Shown: positions 14,082 to 25,504, counted from the stretch's first letter. The stretch: DNA of 64,000 nucleotides from Octopus sinensis (GCF_006345805.1 NC_043012.1:2232001-2296000), one strand, 5' to 3'. The notes: generated by a model not told the origin, from the letters alone. Translations and numbers: made by a program.

Positions 14082-14192
14082 AACCACATATTTACAAATA
14101 CCAGGAACTTTCTTAACTCAAAAAGTCTTCTTGCTTTGTTAGCAGCTGACTTGAACTCAAGTAAAACTGAAAATAAACTGAAAGAAAAAATA
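14082..14192 (+). repeat. (CATA)n-associated dispersed module X, copy 1
   Basis: Homologous to 25339-25452 (ggaact.tctt.actcaa.aagtc.tcttgctttgttagcagc.gacttgaact); followed by (CATA)n. Confidence 0.75.
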
Positions 14193-14272
14193 TGCATACA
14201 TACATACATACATACATACCTACATACATACATACCTACATACATACATACATACATACATACATACATACA

Positions 14273-14306
<34 letters not shown>

Positions 14307-14795
14307 CATACATACATACATCTATACATACATACATCTATACATACATACATACATACATACATACATACATACATACATACATACATACCTACATACA
14401 TACATACATACATCTATACATACATACATACATACATACCTACATACATACATACATACATACATACATACATACATCTATACATACATACATCTATACA
14501 TACATACATACATACATACATACATACCTACATACATACATACATACATACATAAATACATACATACATACATACATATATACATACATACCTACATACA
14601 TACATACATACATACATACATACCTACATACATACATACATCTATACATACATACATACATACCTACATACATACATACCTACATACATACATACATACA
14701 TACATACATACCTACATACATACATACATACATACATAAATACATAAATACATACATACATACATACATACATACCTACATACATAAATACATAC
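14193..14795 (+). repeat. ~600-bp (CATA)n tetranucleotide microsatellite with CCTA/TCTA variants
   Basis: Read directly from the sequence. Confidence 0.98.
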
Positions 14796-14894
14796 TCTGT
14801 TGATGTTGAAATTCCAACGAAGGAGGCTTGGATCTAGGTTAGAAACCGGTTCTTTCTCTATTGGCAAGACATCTTGAAATAAACTAAATGATGA
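14796..14894 (+). repeat. (CATA)n-associated dispersed module Y, copy 1
   Basis: 59 bp identical to the copy at 25223-25325 (cttggatctaggttagaaaccgg...gaaataaact); AATAAA followed by (CATA)n. Confidence 0.8.
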
Positions 14895-14930
14895 CATACA
14901 TACATGCATGAATGCTTACATACATGTAGG

Positions 14931-15085
14931 CATATTTGCATATTTGCATATTTGCATATTTGCATATTTGCATATATGCATATTTGCATATTTGCATATT
15001 TGCATATTTGCATATTTGCATATTTGCATATATGCATATTTGCATATTTGCATATTTGCATATTTGCATATTTGCATATATGCAT
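14931..15085 (+). repeat. 8-bp tandem repeat (CATATTTG)x16 + (CATATATG)x3
   Basis: 19 units counted, arranged 5+1, 6+1, 5+1. Confidence 0.97.
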
Positions 15086-15426
15086 GCTCTCATGCACATG
15101 TGCATAAATGCATGCATATGCACCATATGCACATAGATACAGAGAAGCAGGCCTATTATTGTACATATTTGCAACAGATTTGCATAAAATCCAGGAAATG
15201 CTCGGTTTCTCCAAGTAAGAAGAGAGGAAACCGCCTGGCATCATTCTAATACAATCGATTAATGAGGGAGAGAAAATTTATATAACGACCTAAGGATTCT
15301 CTAATTGAGTTGCTTGGAATTAATATATTCACAAAATTGCACGTGGGTGTAACTCATACAGATGTACACATACATACATTGTAATGAAATACGCACACAT
15401 TCAAACTTGTGTGTTAAAGAGACATG

Positions 15427-15992
15427 TTGGGTTGTCTGGAAAGTTCGTGCCGATTTTTAAAGGAAAGAAAAAGGTCAATAAATACTTGCCATTACATTTT
15501 TCATCAACCAAATATGAACCATTTTGTTGCACAATGCGTCTCCATCTTTCCTTTAACTTGAAAATACCCTCTTCCAAGAATTGAGGTGGTTTCATGGCAA
15601 AGAATTCATCAAGGTATCTTTTTACGTCATGCAAGGAATTGAAATTTTTACCATTAAGACTATTCTGCAGAGACCTGAATAAGTGGAAATCTGAAGGAGC
15701 AATATCTGGTGAATATGGACGGTGGGGTAACACATCCCAGCCAAGCTGCAGCAATTTTTGTCTAGTTCCCAAAGCATCCAGTGCCAAAAATGAACTTTCT
15801 TATCTTCCATTTTAAAAGGTTACAGAATTAACACAGGTCATAGGAACATAAACCTTCTTCCACGAAAAGATAGCTTAAACTGTGCTCTAAATGGAGGTGT
15901 AGTCAAATCCTATTTTATCAACTCAACCATGTTCTAAAATAAGTCGAAAGGTAAGCTACTATAAATCGGCACAAACTTTCCAAACAACCCAA
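15427..15992 (-). mobile_element. Internally deleted mariner (DD34D-type) element, 566 bp
   Basis: 30-bp TIRs at 15427-15456 and 15963-15992 (28/30 match); TA on the right flank, TG on the left. Transposase N-terminus MEDKKVHFWHWMLWE (from 15810) is joined out of frame to the C-terminus TRQKLLQLGWDVLPHRPYSPDIAPSDFHLFRSLQN...ERWRRIVQQNGSYLVD. Confidence 0.96.
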
Positions 15993-16229
15993 TACATAGC
16001 TATTGAAGGATTGCACTTATCTACACGTGCACATAATAACTCAGTTACATTTTTAAAAGTCCTTAAAACTGTGTTGACTCAAACAAAAGAGCCTCGTCAC
16101 TTAGTTAATGACCAGCTTGATTTCTATATATTGGAAAAAAAATGGTCGAGGACCATTCTTATTATTTGCACACCATTTGCAATGTCACATCTATACACTT
16201 CTTTCCTCAATTTAACTGCTCATCTACTC

Positions 16230-17900
16230 TATTACTCTATTCTTTTGTAATCGCTTCTTCACTAAAAGTTAAGTGATACTTCTGTAATTTTTTCCTTTTT
16301 AGCGAGACCTATCACCTGATGATGGTCTTGTGAATCCTTGTTTCATAAGTTGACGAATCTGCTCCCTGAATTTTTCTTTTCCACTCCAGGAAAGACACAT
16401 TTAGCTTCTTTTGCTCTTATCTAAACTCATTATACAGATCACAAATTTGTGATCCGTGTTGCCAACTGTCTGAAACTCTGTCACCAATCTTAACAGCTAA
16501 CCCGGTGAAAACCAAGTATAACCCATACGATCTGCTGTGATTTATCCACTGCACATTAAGGAAATCTAAGAGATTTCAGTCACACAGCTTGAACTTCTTG
16601 AGCAGGAGCTTTTACACCCCATCCCCTGTCCTATTGGCTACAGTCAAACAATCTGTGAGTCTAAGATGACATTCCAATCACCTACTAATACTAATGAATG
16701 AATTGTTTTTTGGATGTTTTCTATATGTCTAAAGAAATTTGGTCACCCAATTGTTTTGGAATGTGCATGGCCACTAGTATAAGGCCATCCCCCATCTAGA
16801 ACCACTGGCTTGTTAAGGAAGATCGTATTTGCCTCTCGACCCATACTTTTCGAAGAAGCAGCGCTGTCATACCATTTTGTTCAAGCTGTCCGAAAGAGGT
16901 GGAAACCTTTTAGTCAGTTAGAAGGGGATGGCATTAAGGAAACCCTAGTCTTGTGGATGGATACATCTGGGCGTAGTGTGCTGAGATCATTGAGTAGATT
17001 TCACCGCTTTCATATCACTCAAACGCCGTATGAATTCATGCCATCTTTTTTTGAGTATGCATGTTGCGAGGATGGTAAGAATCTAAAAGAAGTGGGTGTG
17101 GGTCACTTACTCCTCTGATCTAGAAGCAGTCCTTTTTCAAGCCTCTTGAAAGGGTCCTTGAATACTAATTTGTCCAGTAATTTTTAAGCACCCATGCCAT
17201 GCAGGAAAATATTTCTGAGGCATCTGACATGATTCTCATTAGAAGTCTATTTTTTTTCGGTACTTTTACAACAGTATGTTCATCAAAGCCTTGCTTCAAG
17301 GGAAGATTTTGTCCTTGTGTGATTCAACAAATGTCATCTAATGTTTTCTTTTAGTGAAACCTACCACTTGTTATTGATGATGGTTCCTGACATTCCTACT
17401 CAACAGAGAACAGTACAGCTTAGAAGTTCGACTGTGGCCTGTTGTTTTTGTTAATGATGTGCCTCTTATTGTTGCTGTGTTTGCCGCAGCTAATTTTCTG
17501 TTATTGATTATGTTGCAGTTCCTAAAGTTGATCTTATTGAGCCTTTTATTCCTGTTGTTATTGCTGTTGTTGCTATGCCTTTTGTTTTTGTTCTGTTTGC
17601 TACTTATATGTTTGATCCCATCTTTTTGGGGTTTTTTTTTGTTGATACTGCCAAGCTTTTGGATTCGCTTGTCTTCCTATTCATATTCTTCTTATTATTT
17701 GATGATCGCACCACTCTCTGTAATTTCTGAAGCATTTTGGTTGTTATCAAAACGCTGTGACTGCAATAGTTGAGGTACTGGTGGTAGCAGTAGAAAGCGA
17801 CGCTCCACTCTCGCCTTCTCCATCGTCGAATAGAACACTGTGAAATGGTCTATTTTACTACAATTGTAACAACTGGTTATGCTGTCCTTGGCAAACACCT
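16230..17900 (-). mobile_element. Highly decayed Tx1/L1-like LINE: ORF1 zinc-knuckle remnant plus APE endonuclease
   Basis: CYNCSKIDHFTVFY (17871-17830; CX2CX4HX4C with last C>Y). Then, across frames, LLNDLSTLRPDVSIHKTR, LVGDWNVILD (~16690) and GNTDHKFVIC (~16450), which are APE motifs in the correct order. Confidence 0.7.
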
Positions 17901-17945
17901 ACGGCACTCCACTGTTATCGAAATATCTGCAACGTATTTGAACTA

Positions 17946-18360
17946 ATCTAAACTCTTTACTCTTTACTCTTTTACTTGTTTCAGTCATTTGACTGCGGCC
18001 ATGCTGGAGCACCGCCTTTAGTCGAGCAAATCGACCCCGGGACTTATACTTTGTAAGCCCAGTACTTATTCTATCGGTCTCTTTTGCCGAACCGCTAAGT
18101 GACGGGGACGTAAACACACCAGCATCGGTTGTCAAGCAATGCTAGGGAGACAAACACAGACACACAAACATATACACACACACTTATATATATATACATA
18201 TATACGACGGGCTTCTTTCAGTTTCCGTCTACCAAATCCACTCACAAGGCATTGGTCGGCCCGAGGCTATAGCAGAAGACACTTGCCCAAGATGCCATGC
18301 AGTGGGACTGAACCCAGAACCATGTGGTTGGTTAGCAAGCTACTTACCACACAGCCATGC
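17946..18360 (-). mobile_element. SINE family A, young near-complete copy
   Basis: Nearly identical in reverse complement to 43677-44038; CpGs largely intact. Confidence 0.95.
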
Positions 18361-18715
18361 CTACTACATATTTTATTCTAGTCCAGCCAGCGTTGTACTT
18401 ACTCAGTTCATGATTTACACTGATTTTGTATAAGAAAATAATGAGTTCCAGAGTCATATCAGAGTTATCTTTCCTTTTTGGTATATGATGCTGACGATAG
18501 CAAACCAGCTTGAAATACATTCATCGTTACATCAGTAAAATTACTGTTGGTGTTTTGACATCTCTTCCCTAAAGCGAGAATTTTCTCCAAATGTGTGTAT
18601 GTATGTATGAGTCTATGTAGTAAGAAGCTGGCCACATAATGTCTTCTAGAATAGCCTCAAGCCAACCAAATCCTTGTAACTGGATTTGGTAGATGGAAAC
18701 TGAAAGAAACCTGTT

Positions 18716-18758
<43 letters not shown>

Positions 18759-18761
18759 TAT

Positions 18762-19062
18762 ATCACCGTGACCGACCAAGCCATCAGATGTTGTTACACA
18801 TCGCTGGTCACAATGCACTTCGCATTGTTTTAGCCTTCAAATGACGCCACCCCGCTGGCTAAGCGAGCAGGCCAACAGACGAAAGAGTGAGAGAAAGTTG
18901 TGGCGAAAGAGTACAGCAGGTATCGCCACCACCCCCTGCCGGAGCCTCGTGGAGCTTTAGATGTTTTCGCTCAGTAAACACTCACAACGCCCGGTCTGGG
19001 AATCGAAACCGCGATCCTACAACCACGAGTCAGCTGCCCTAACCACTAGGCCATTGTGCCTC
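18762..19062 (-). mobile_element. SINE family B copy
   Basis: Reverse complement of 11360-11663. Confidence 0.92.
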
Positions 19063-19104
<42 letters not shown>

Positions 19105-19164
19105 TCATCATCATCATCATCATCATTTAACGTCCGCTTTCCATGCTAGCATGGGTTGGATATA

Positions 19165-19388
19165 TAAATATATGTGTGTGTGTCTGTATATTTGTGCATC
19201 TGTGTTTGTCCCCCAACCATCGCTTGACAACCCATGTTGGTTTGTTTACGTCCCTGTAACTTAGCAGTTCGGCAAAAGAGTCCAATAAGTACTAGGCTTA
19301 CAAGGAATAAGTCATGGGGGTCGAGTTGTTCGACCAAAGGTGGTGCTCCAGCATGGCCACAGTCAAATGACTGAAACAAGTAAAAGAA
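19165..19388 (+). mobile_element. SINE family A, 3' half
   Basis: tttgtccccc...cttgacaacc...gtgctccagcatggccacagtcaaatgactgaaacaagtaaaag. Confidence 0.9.
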
Positions 19389-19439
19389 TGTATGTATGTA
19401 TGCATATATGTATGTATGTGTGATTTGTAGGAGGAAATG

Positions 19440-19760
19440 CTTAAGTCATGTAGGCCATCAAAGAAGCCACAGGAGTCAATCCCTTGTAAATCATGATATG
19501 GCTATTATTCACAACAGAACACGTGCAAATTGGAAGGATGTACTGGTCAGTTGAGAGATTAAAAAGATGTGTCAAACGACTTGATACTGTGGCACTGGTT
19601 CCCGCTGCCAACCAGCTCAACTGTGCCTTATGCAATAAAATGTGTAAATCTTTGGCAGGGCTCAAGAGTCAAACAAGGGCCTCATATTGCATCATCAATG
19701 ACTCATTTCAGTGATTCATTCTAGCAATAGCTTTGCTCGTATACGAGAAAGCAACCTCTA
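19440..19760 (+). mobile_element. RTE-like LINE 3' end with C-terminal zinc-finger remnant
   Basis: NCALCNKMCKSLAGLKSQTR (~19620-19680) resembles the RTE terminal motif CxxCxRxCxSxxGLxSHxR; preceded by degenerate HNRTRANWKD. Confidence 0.6.
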
Positions 19761-20087
19761 TGTAAGATTGTCACTGTGTTTGTTCTTAGTAGCCTCTCAT
19801 TCGTTTGTCGGTTCAGTCCCTAGTAGCCAGCAGACCCCCAGGTTGGGAAAGCGTCGTTCTTACACCTAGGACTATATTGTTGAATGTGTCCAGTTTTTTT
19901 TACAGACGGTAATGTGTGGTTTCAGAAGGGTTTGTCTATTTCTTGCAGATCGGATGAACTGCTCAACACGGTCATTCGATTTGCAAGAAATAAACAAATT
20001 CTTCTCAAATCATATTTTGCCGACGCATTAAACAATGAAGTTCTAACTATGAGATGGAATGTCTTTGGTCGTATATATATTTTCACG

Positions 20088-20465
20088 TGGTGATGTGGTT
20101 AAGTAGCTTGCTTCTCAACCATGTGGTTTTGGGTTCCGTCCCACTGAGCGACACTTTAGGCAAGTGTCTTCTATTTTAGCCCCAGATTGATCAAAGCTTT
20201 TTGAGTGGATTTGGTAGATGGAAACTGTGTGTGGGGTGAGTGGGTGTGTCTTTGTTTCAGTGCCCCCCCACCCACCCCACCCAACACTTGACAATTGGTG
20301 CTGATTTGATTGTTACTTAGTGGTTTGGCAGCAGAACAATAGAATAAGTATTAGGCTTTAAAAAAAGATAAGTACTGGTGATCTTTAAAAAAAGATAAGT
20401 AGAGTGAACCCTTTGAGGAGTGTTCCAGCATTGCCAAGTCCAATGGCTGAAACAATTAAATGAAT
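20088..20465 (+). mobile_element. SINE family A, older copy
   Basis: Head gtggttaagtagcttgctt, gcaagtgtcttct, tail gtgttccagcattgcc...tgaaacaa. Confidence 0.85.
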
Positions 20466-21094
20466 AAATAAATAAATAAATAAATTTTTAAAATGTAATT
20501 TCAAACAGAAGATAATTCTGTTTCAATGCTATTATGTATTGTGAGAATGTTTGAGAGGCTGCAGTAATGTAGAACATATTAAGGAAAATGCATTTATCAT
20601 GTAGGGCACATATAAATAATAACGTCAAGGGCTAGCTATATAAATTAAGTAGATACCATTTGATTTATTTATTTACCATTTAATTTATTTATAGACTTGT
20701 CTGCCTCAGGAAATAACAGAAAATAAATTTTAAAAATAATAATATAATAAGTAATAGTAATATAAGTTAGAGCTGGTAGAGAAAAGAGGAGTTCTGACCT
20801 CCCAGGTAGGAATTTTTCTTCAGTTTGTTTCACAAAGTTATTTCCCCTTATATATTTTGTACGTGTTATTTGTGATTCGTATGTAGTATATTCTGTGTAC
20901 GTATGTAGTATAAATGTAGGTACTTTTTGGTTATTTCACCCTCATTAAAAATTGCCGTTAAAAAATTGGGTTATCTCCCCATTAAAATATTGAGTTTATG
21001 CAGTGACAAGAGACTGAATTAGAAGGGTTAGACCCTATGATTCAATATTTCAACGCATTGTTGACTTTTGTGTCCCTCAATAAGTATGGTATGA

Positions 21095-21460
21095 TCTCTC
21101 TATATATAAACGGCAAAATGTCTGTGTGTGTGTCCTTTATACAAATACACAATTTTTCAGTTAGAGGGCTCGCACTTTCTATGGTCATTCAAAACCGTCC
21201 AAGGGTGGTCGTGCACATCTTTACATTTCCCCAGTCACCCCCACAAAGCCATTAAAAAATCAATAGAAGTGACTTCTTTTGTGAATTTTCTATCCAAAAC
21301 CCAATCAAAATGCCCGAAACTTGATATGCCAATTGAATGCCAGCTAGCTGTATGAGATTGGTCGGAGATTTGGACAGTATTTGCATATATGTGCACACGC
21401 ACGCAGCTGTATATGCATGCACTAGCACTATGACCCGGCGTTGCCAGGTCATAGTGCTAG
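21095..21460 (+). mobile_element. Non-autonomous Helitron (366 bp), second family
   Basis: 5' A|TCTCTCTATATATAAACGGC; 3' CTAG|T at 21457-21460 with a large terminal hairpin; no TSD. Confidence 0.8.
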
Positions 21461-21592
21461 TTTGTTATAAAAATGGTATTAGATTCACTAAGACATTTAA
21501 TTTTTTTCAGTTTTCCTGTTTATTAATTTTTCAGTTTTGTATGATGTGTTATAAAATAGGCGCAGGAGTGGCTGTGTGGTAAGTAGCTTGCT

Positions 21593-22135
21593 CGAGCAAG
21601 GGGAACGAGATAGAGAACTTAAGGCCCATAACTCTGCTGAACACAGAGTTAAAGATTTTGGCCAAGGTGCTAGCGAAAAGGTTGGCGTGGGTCGTGGACA
21701 AACTTCTCGGGAAAGCGCAAACGTGCACTATCCTGGGTAGGATGATCCACGACAATCTCCACCTTATACGCTACTCCTTAGAGAAGGTGGGGAATCTTTC
21801 TGGTGCAGTGGAGGCACTGGTGCATTTAGACCAGTCTAAGGCATTCGATAAGGTCGACCATCGGTACTTGGTAGCGGGTCTCGAGAAGGCTGGCTTGGGC
21901 CCGACCTTCAGCGGTTGGATTGCTGTGTTGTACAGCGACATCGAGTCCACCGTAAAAGTGAATGATTTCCTTTCAAAGCTATTCAGGATCGAGCGCTCAG
22001 TGCGTCAGGGGTGTTCCCTGTCTCCGCTTTTGTATGTACTGGCTCTTGAGCCATGATTGCGAAAGTTGGAGGCACTAGGGGGCGCACCGCATGATATATG
22101 GTGTGGAAGAGGAGCTACAGTTGACATCTCCATCA
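21593..22135 (+). mobile_element. Tx1/L1-like LINE reverse-transcriptase fragment
   Basis: RPITLLNTELKILAKVLAKRL...IHDNLHLIR...LDQSKAFDKVDHRYL...VRQGCSLSPLLYVLALEP; open for ~150 codons, then a stop; the YADD region is disrupted. Confidence 0.93.
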
Positions 22136-22137
22136 TC

Positions 22138-22490
22138 ATCACCATCATCGTTTAACGTCCGCTTTCCATGCTAGCATGGGTTGGATGATTTGACTGAGGA
22201 CTGGCAAACCAGATGGCTACACCAGGCTCCAATCTTGATCTGGCAGAGTTTCTACAGATGCTTGCCCTTCCTAATACCAACTACTCCCAGAGTGTAGTGG
22301 GTGCTTTTACGTTCCACCGGCACAAGGGCCAATCAGGTGGTACTGGCAACGGCCACGCTCAAATGGTGTTTTTTACGTGCCACCTGCACAGGAGCCAGTC
22401 CAGCGCCACCGGCAACGACCTCACTCGAATGTTTTCTCACATGCCACCGGCACAAGTGCCAGTAAGGCGACGCTGGTAACAATCACGCTC
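22138..22490 (-). mobile_element. SINE-like family D with (GAT)n tail and internal ~60-65-bp tandem units
   Basis: catcatcgtttaacgtccgctttccatgctagcatggg... is the reverse complement of 56600-56810 and 63410-63760. Confidence 0.85.
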
Positions 22491-22514
22491 GAATACATGT
22501 GTGTGTATATGTGT

Positions 22515-22783
22515 GTGTATGTGTGTATGTGTGTGTTTGAGTGTATGTATAAGCGTGGCTGTGTGGTAAGAAGCTTGCTTCCCAACCATATGATTCTGGG
22601 TTCCCTTCCTCTGCGTGGAACCGTGGGCAAGTATCTATTACTATTACCTCGGGCCGATCAAAGCCTTACGAATGGATTTGGTAGATGGAAACTGAAACTG
22701 AAAGGAACCCGTGTGTGTGTGCATGCGTCTGTGTGTGTGTGTGTGTCTGTGTGTGTGTGTCGGTGTGTGTGTGTGCGTGTGTG

Positions 22784-22824
<41 letters not shown>

Positions 22825-23038
22825 ATCTTTATGTCTATGTTTCTCTCCCACCATCACCTGACAACCGATGCTGGTGTGTTTACGTCCCTGTAACTTATCG
22901 ATTCAGCAAAAGGGACTGATAGTATAAATACTAGGTTTTTAAAAAATAAGTCCTGTTGCCGATTTGTTCGACTAAAACGCCTCAGGGCGGTGCTCCAGCA
23001 TGGCTGCAGTCAAACGACTGAGACAAGTAAAGGAATAA
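22515..23038 (+). mobile_element. SINE family A with expanded internal (TG)n
   Basis: Full head, (TG)n at ~22711-22822, full tail. Confidence 0.9.
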
Positions 23039-23537
23039 CAGTATACACACACACGCACACGCACACGCATACACACACTTTATTACCACTACCGTTGAAA
23101 GTACAATGAACGAGTCGTCTATTCGACGCTATTGTTCACAATTAATTCTTTAAAATGCAGGGTATACGTATGAATATGGTACAAGGGAGATAATTGACAA
23201 TAAAGAAAGCAAGATTTGTCTCCCATTAACTTTAAATTTGGCACTCGAAACGCTTGCACACACGCATGCTCTCGGTCGTGCACGCTCCCACATACATATA
23301 CGTGTGAGAGCACACTCACACGTATTTTTGAGGGGTTTTGTTGAAGAAATCGACGTCAGGATTTATTTCTATAAATCTAGTGCTTATTTTATTCACTTTT
23401 TTGCCCTACCGCAACGTAAACAAACTAACACCCACCGTTCAAACGGGGCGGAGACGCACAAAGACACGCACGCATGCACGCACACACACACACACATCTA
23501 ACTGTAATAATTGTTATGAATTTATTGTATACAACGC

Positions 23538-23952
23538 GGATCTTTTCGGTTTGAACAGCAGTTTTTTCTAGCGGTGTCATATGAAATTGTCACCTATAAT
23601 TATGACCCTAGTATCGATCTATTGCATTTCAATCTCTTTTAGGGTTAGGGGTGGGGGGAGGGTATCTTTTTTTCTTCACAAATGTAAATAAACCCAATCT
23701 GTTTCTTAAACGAGGGACATATTCATACGACACAGAATGGGTTTTTTTTTTACCTCAATGGACGTCTTTGATTGGTTGAAATTGCGGAAAGTGAAGATAA
23801 AAAAAACAAATATCTTACAAATTATAGAATTTTCTCAATAAAGCCAAGAGAAAAAGATGTTTGATAAACACATTCTACCAGTATACGAAGTTTAAAATTT
23901 TTTAGTTACCTAGAAATTATATTAAAAACTGCCGTTCAAACCGAAAAGATCC
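23538..23952. mobile_element. 415-bp MITE with 29-bp TIRs and 8-bp TSD (Merlin- or Mutator-like)
   Basis: TIRs GGATCTTTTCGGTTTGAAC(A/G)GCAGTTTTT at 23538-23566 and 23924-23952 (28/29); flanks TACAACGC / TTCAACGC (7/8). Superfamily is inferred from the GG termini and 8-bp TSD only. Confidence 0.88.
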
Positions 23953-24009
23953 TTCAACGCTCAGGTACACTACAGCTCATCAGAAAAAGTAATCCAAAGT
24001 ACATGAAGA

Positions 24010-24314
24010 TAATAACTGCAGATTTCTTAATAGTTCAGCATAGGTGTTCTCTTTTTCACTAATCTTCAGCTTTATGTTAACATCTGCTGGGCAGCAAATT
24101 TCCACAACTGTGCACAGTTTCTCTTCTCTATTCCAAATCATTATATCAGGTCTGTTGTGCTTACATTTTATTGTGGTCTTCACTGGTACATCCCACCAGT
24201 TTTCTTTTTTATTATGAGTGGTTATGACTTCTACCATATTGTGGGTTCTTATTTCTTTCTCCTAAGGATTATCCTTCCAACGGATTTCATTATAGAGTGT
24301 CCTAGCTGCAATGT
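24010..24314 (-). mobile_element. R4/Dong-like LINE fragment: restriction-like endonuclease (RLE) domain
   Basis: IAARTLYNEIRWKDNP*...WWDVPVKTTIKCKHNRPDIMIWNREEKLCTVVEICCPADVNIKLKISEKENTYAELLRNLQLL carries the RPD...(D/E)...K..KY RLE signature. Confidence 0.85.
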
Positions 24315-24480
24315 ATGTATGTATGTATGTAAGTATGTATGTATGTATGTATGTATGTATGTATGTATGTATGTATGTATGTATGTATGCATGTATGTAT
24401 GTATGTATGTATGTATGTATGTATGTATGTATGTATGTATGTATGTATGCATGTATGTATGTATGCATGTATGTATGTAT

Positions 24481-24960
24481 ATAGTACCTTTGGTATGGCA
24501 ATGAGGACAATCCTTCTTGCATATAATATTGTAACATGTCTTGGTGACACTGTCATGTCTCATGGGAAGGCACTGTCTTCCAGACATTTTTGAACAGCTA
24601 CTGATGATATGAGCAATATCTCCCTTACTGGCATGGCACAATCGGAACTTTCTATCAAAGAATGGTGGTTTAGGAACACTAGCGTAGCTTAAGTGTGTGC
24701 TGGCCGGGGCGGCCTTTCCGCTTGTCGCCCCACCACCCGGACCCCACAAAAACCACATATTGTCTACAGCAGACCCAAAAGTGATGCCCCTTTAAAAGTG
24801 CCGCCAGGGGCGGACCCCCCCCCCCAGCTATACTAGTGTTTAGAAGCATCCTCATCTCTCCCATTGACTAGGTATTTAGTAGTTATCATCTGTTCTTGGA
24901 TAGCAAAGTCGTAGTCTTCTAGATGTGATGTGCTTATCACAGGGCCATGTCTAGGTATGC
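24481..24960 (-). mobile_element. R4/Dong-like LINE fragment: post-RT region and CCHC finger, interrupted by a MITE
   Basis: SHLEDYDFAIQEQMITTKYL...DEDASK|MITE|PPFFDRKFRLCHASKGDIAHIISSCSKMS...LPMRHDSVTK matches xFAxQ(D/E)Q...CRLC...E(T/D)IxHIxSxC...RHD. Confidence 0.82.
24677..24838. mobile_element. 162-bp GC-rich MITE (hAT-like, degenerate 8-bp TSD) nested in the LINE
   Basis: TIR CACTAGCGTAGCT / AGCTATACTAGTG (11/13); flanks TTTAGGAA / TTTAGAAG; removing it rejoins the LINE homology. Confidence 0.8.
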
Positions 24961-25222
24961 AACTATATGCATGAGAATACACACATAAAACATACAAATC
25001 TGCACATACATACATACATGCATACATACATACATACACACACATACATACATACATACATACTTACATACATACATACATCATACATACATACTTACAT
25101 ACATACACACACATACATACATACATACATACATACATACATACATACACACATACATACATACATACATCATACATACATACATACATACATACATACT
25201 TACATACATACATATAAACATA

Positions 25223-25452
25223 CCCTATTGTTGATGTTAAAATTTCAATAATGGAGCCTTGGATCTAGGTTAGAAACCGGTTCTTTCTCTATTGGCAAGA
25301 CATCTTGAAATAAACTGAATAATGACATACATACACACCAACTCAACTACATATTTACTAATACCAATATCCGGAACTCTCTTGACTCAAGAAGTCCTCT
25401 TGCTTTGTTAGCAGCCGACTTGAACTCTCTCAAGAAAAACTCAAAGAAAAAA
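25223..25452 (+). repeat. Modules Y (25223-25325) and X (25339-25452), second copies, each followed by CATA repeats
   Basis: Homology to 14796-14894 and 14082-14192. Confidence 0.78.
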
Positions 25453-25504
25453 CATACATACATACATAAAATAAAAGCTTGTGCTTATATATATATAATT
25501 GAAT

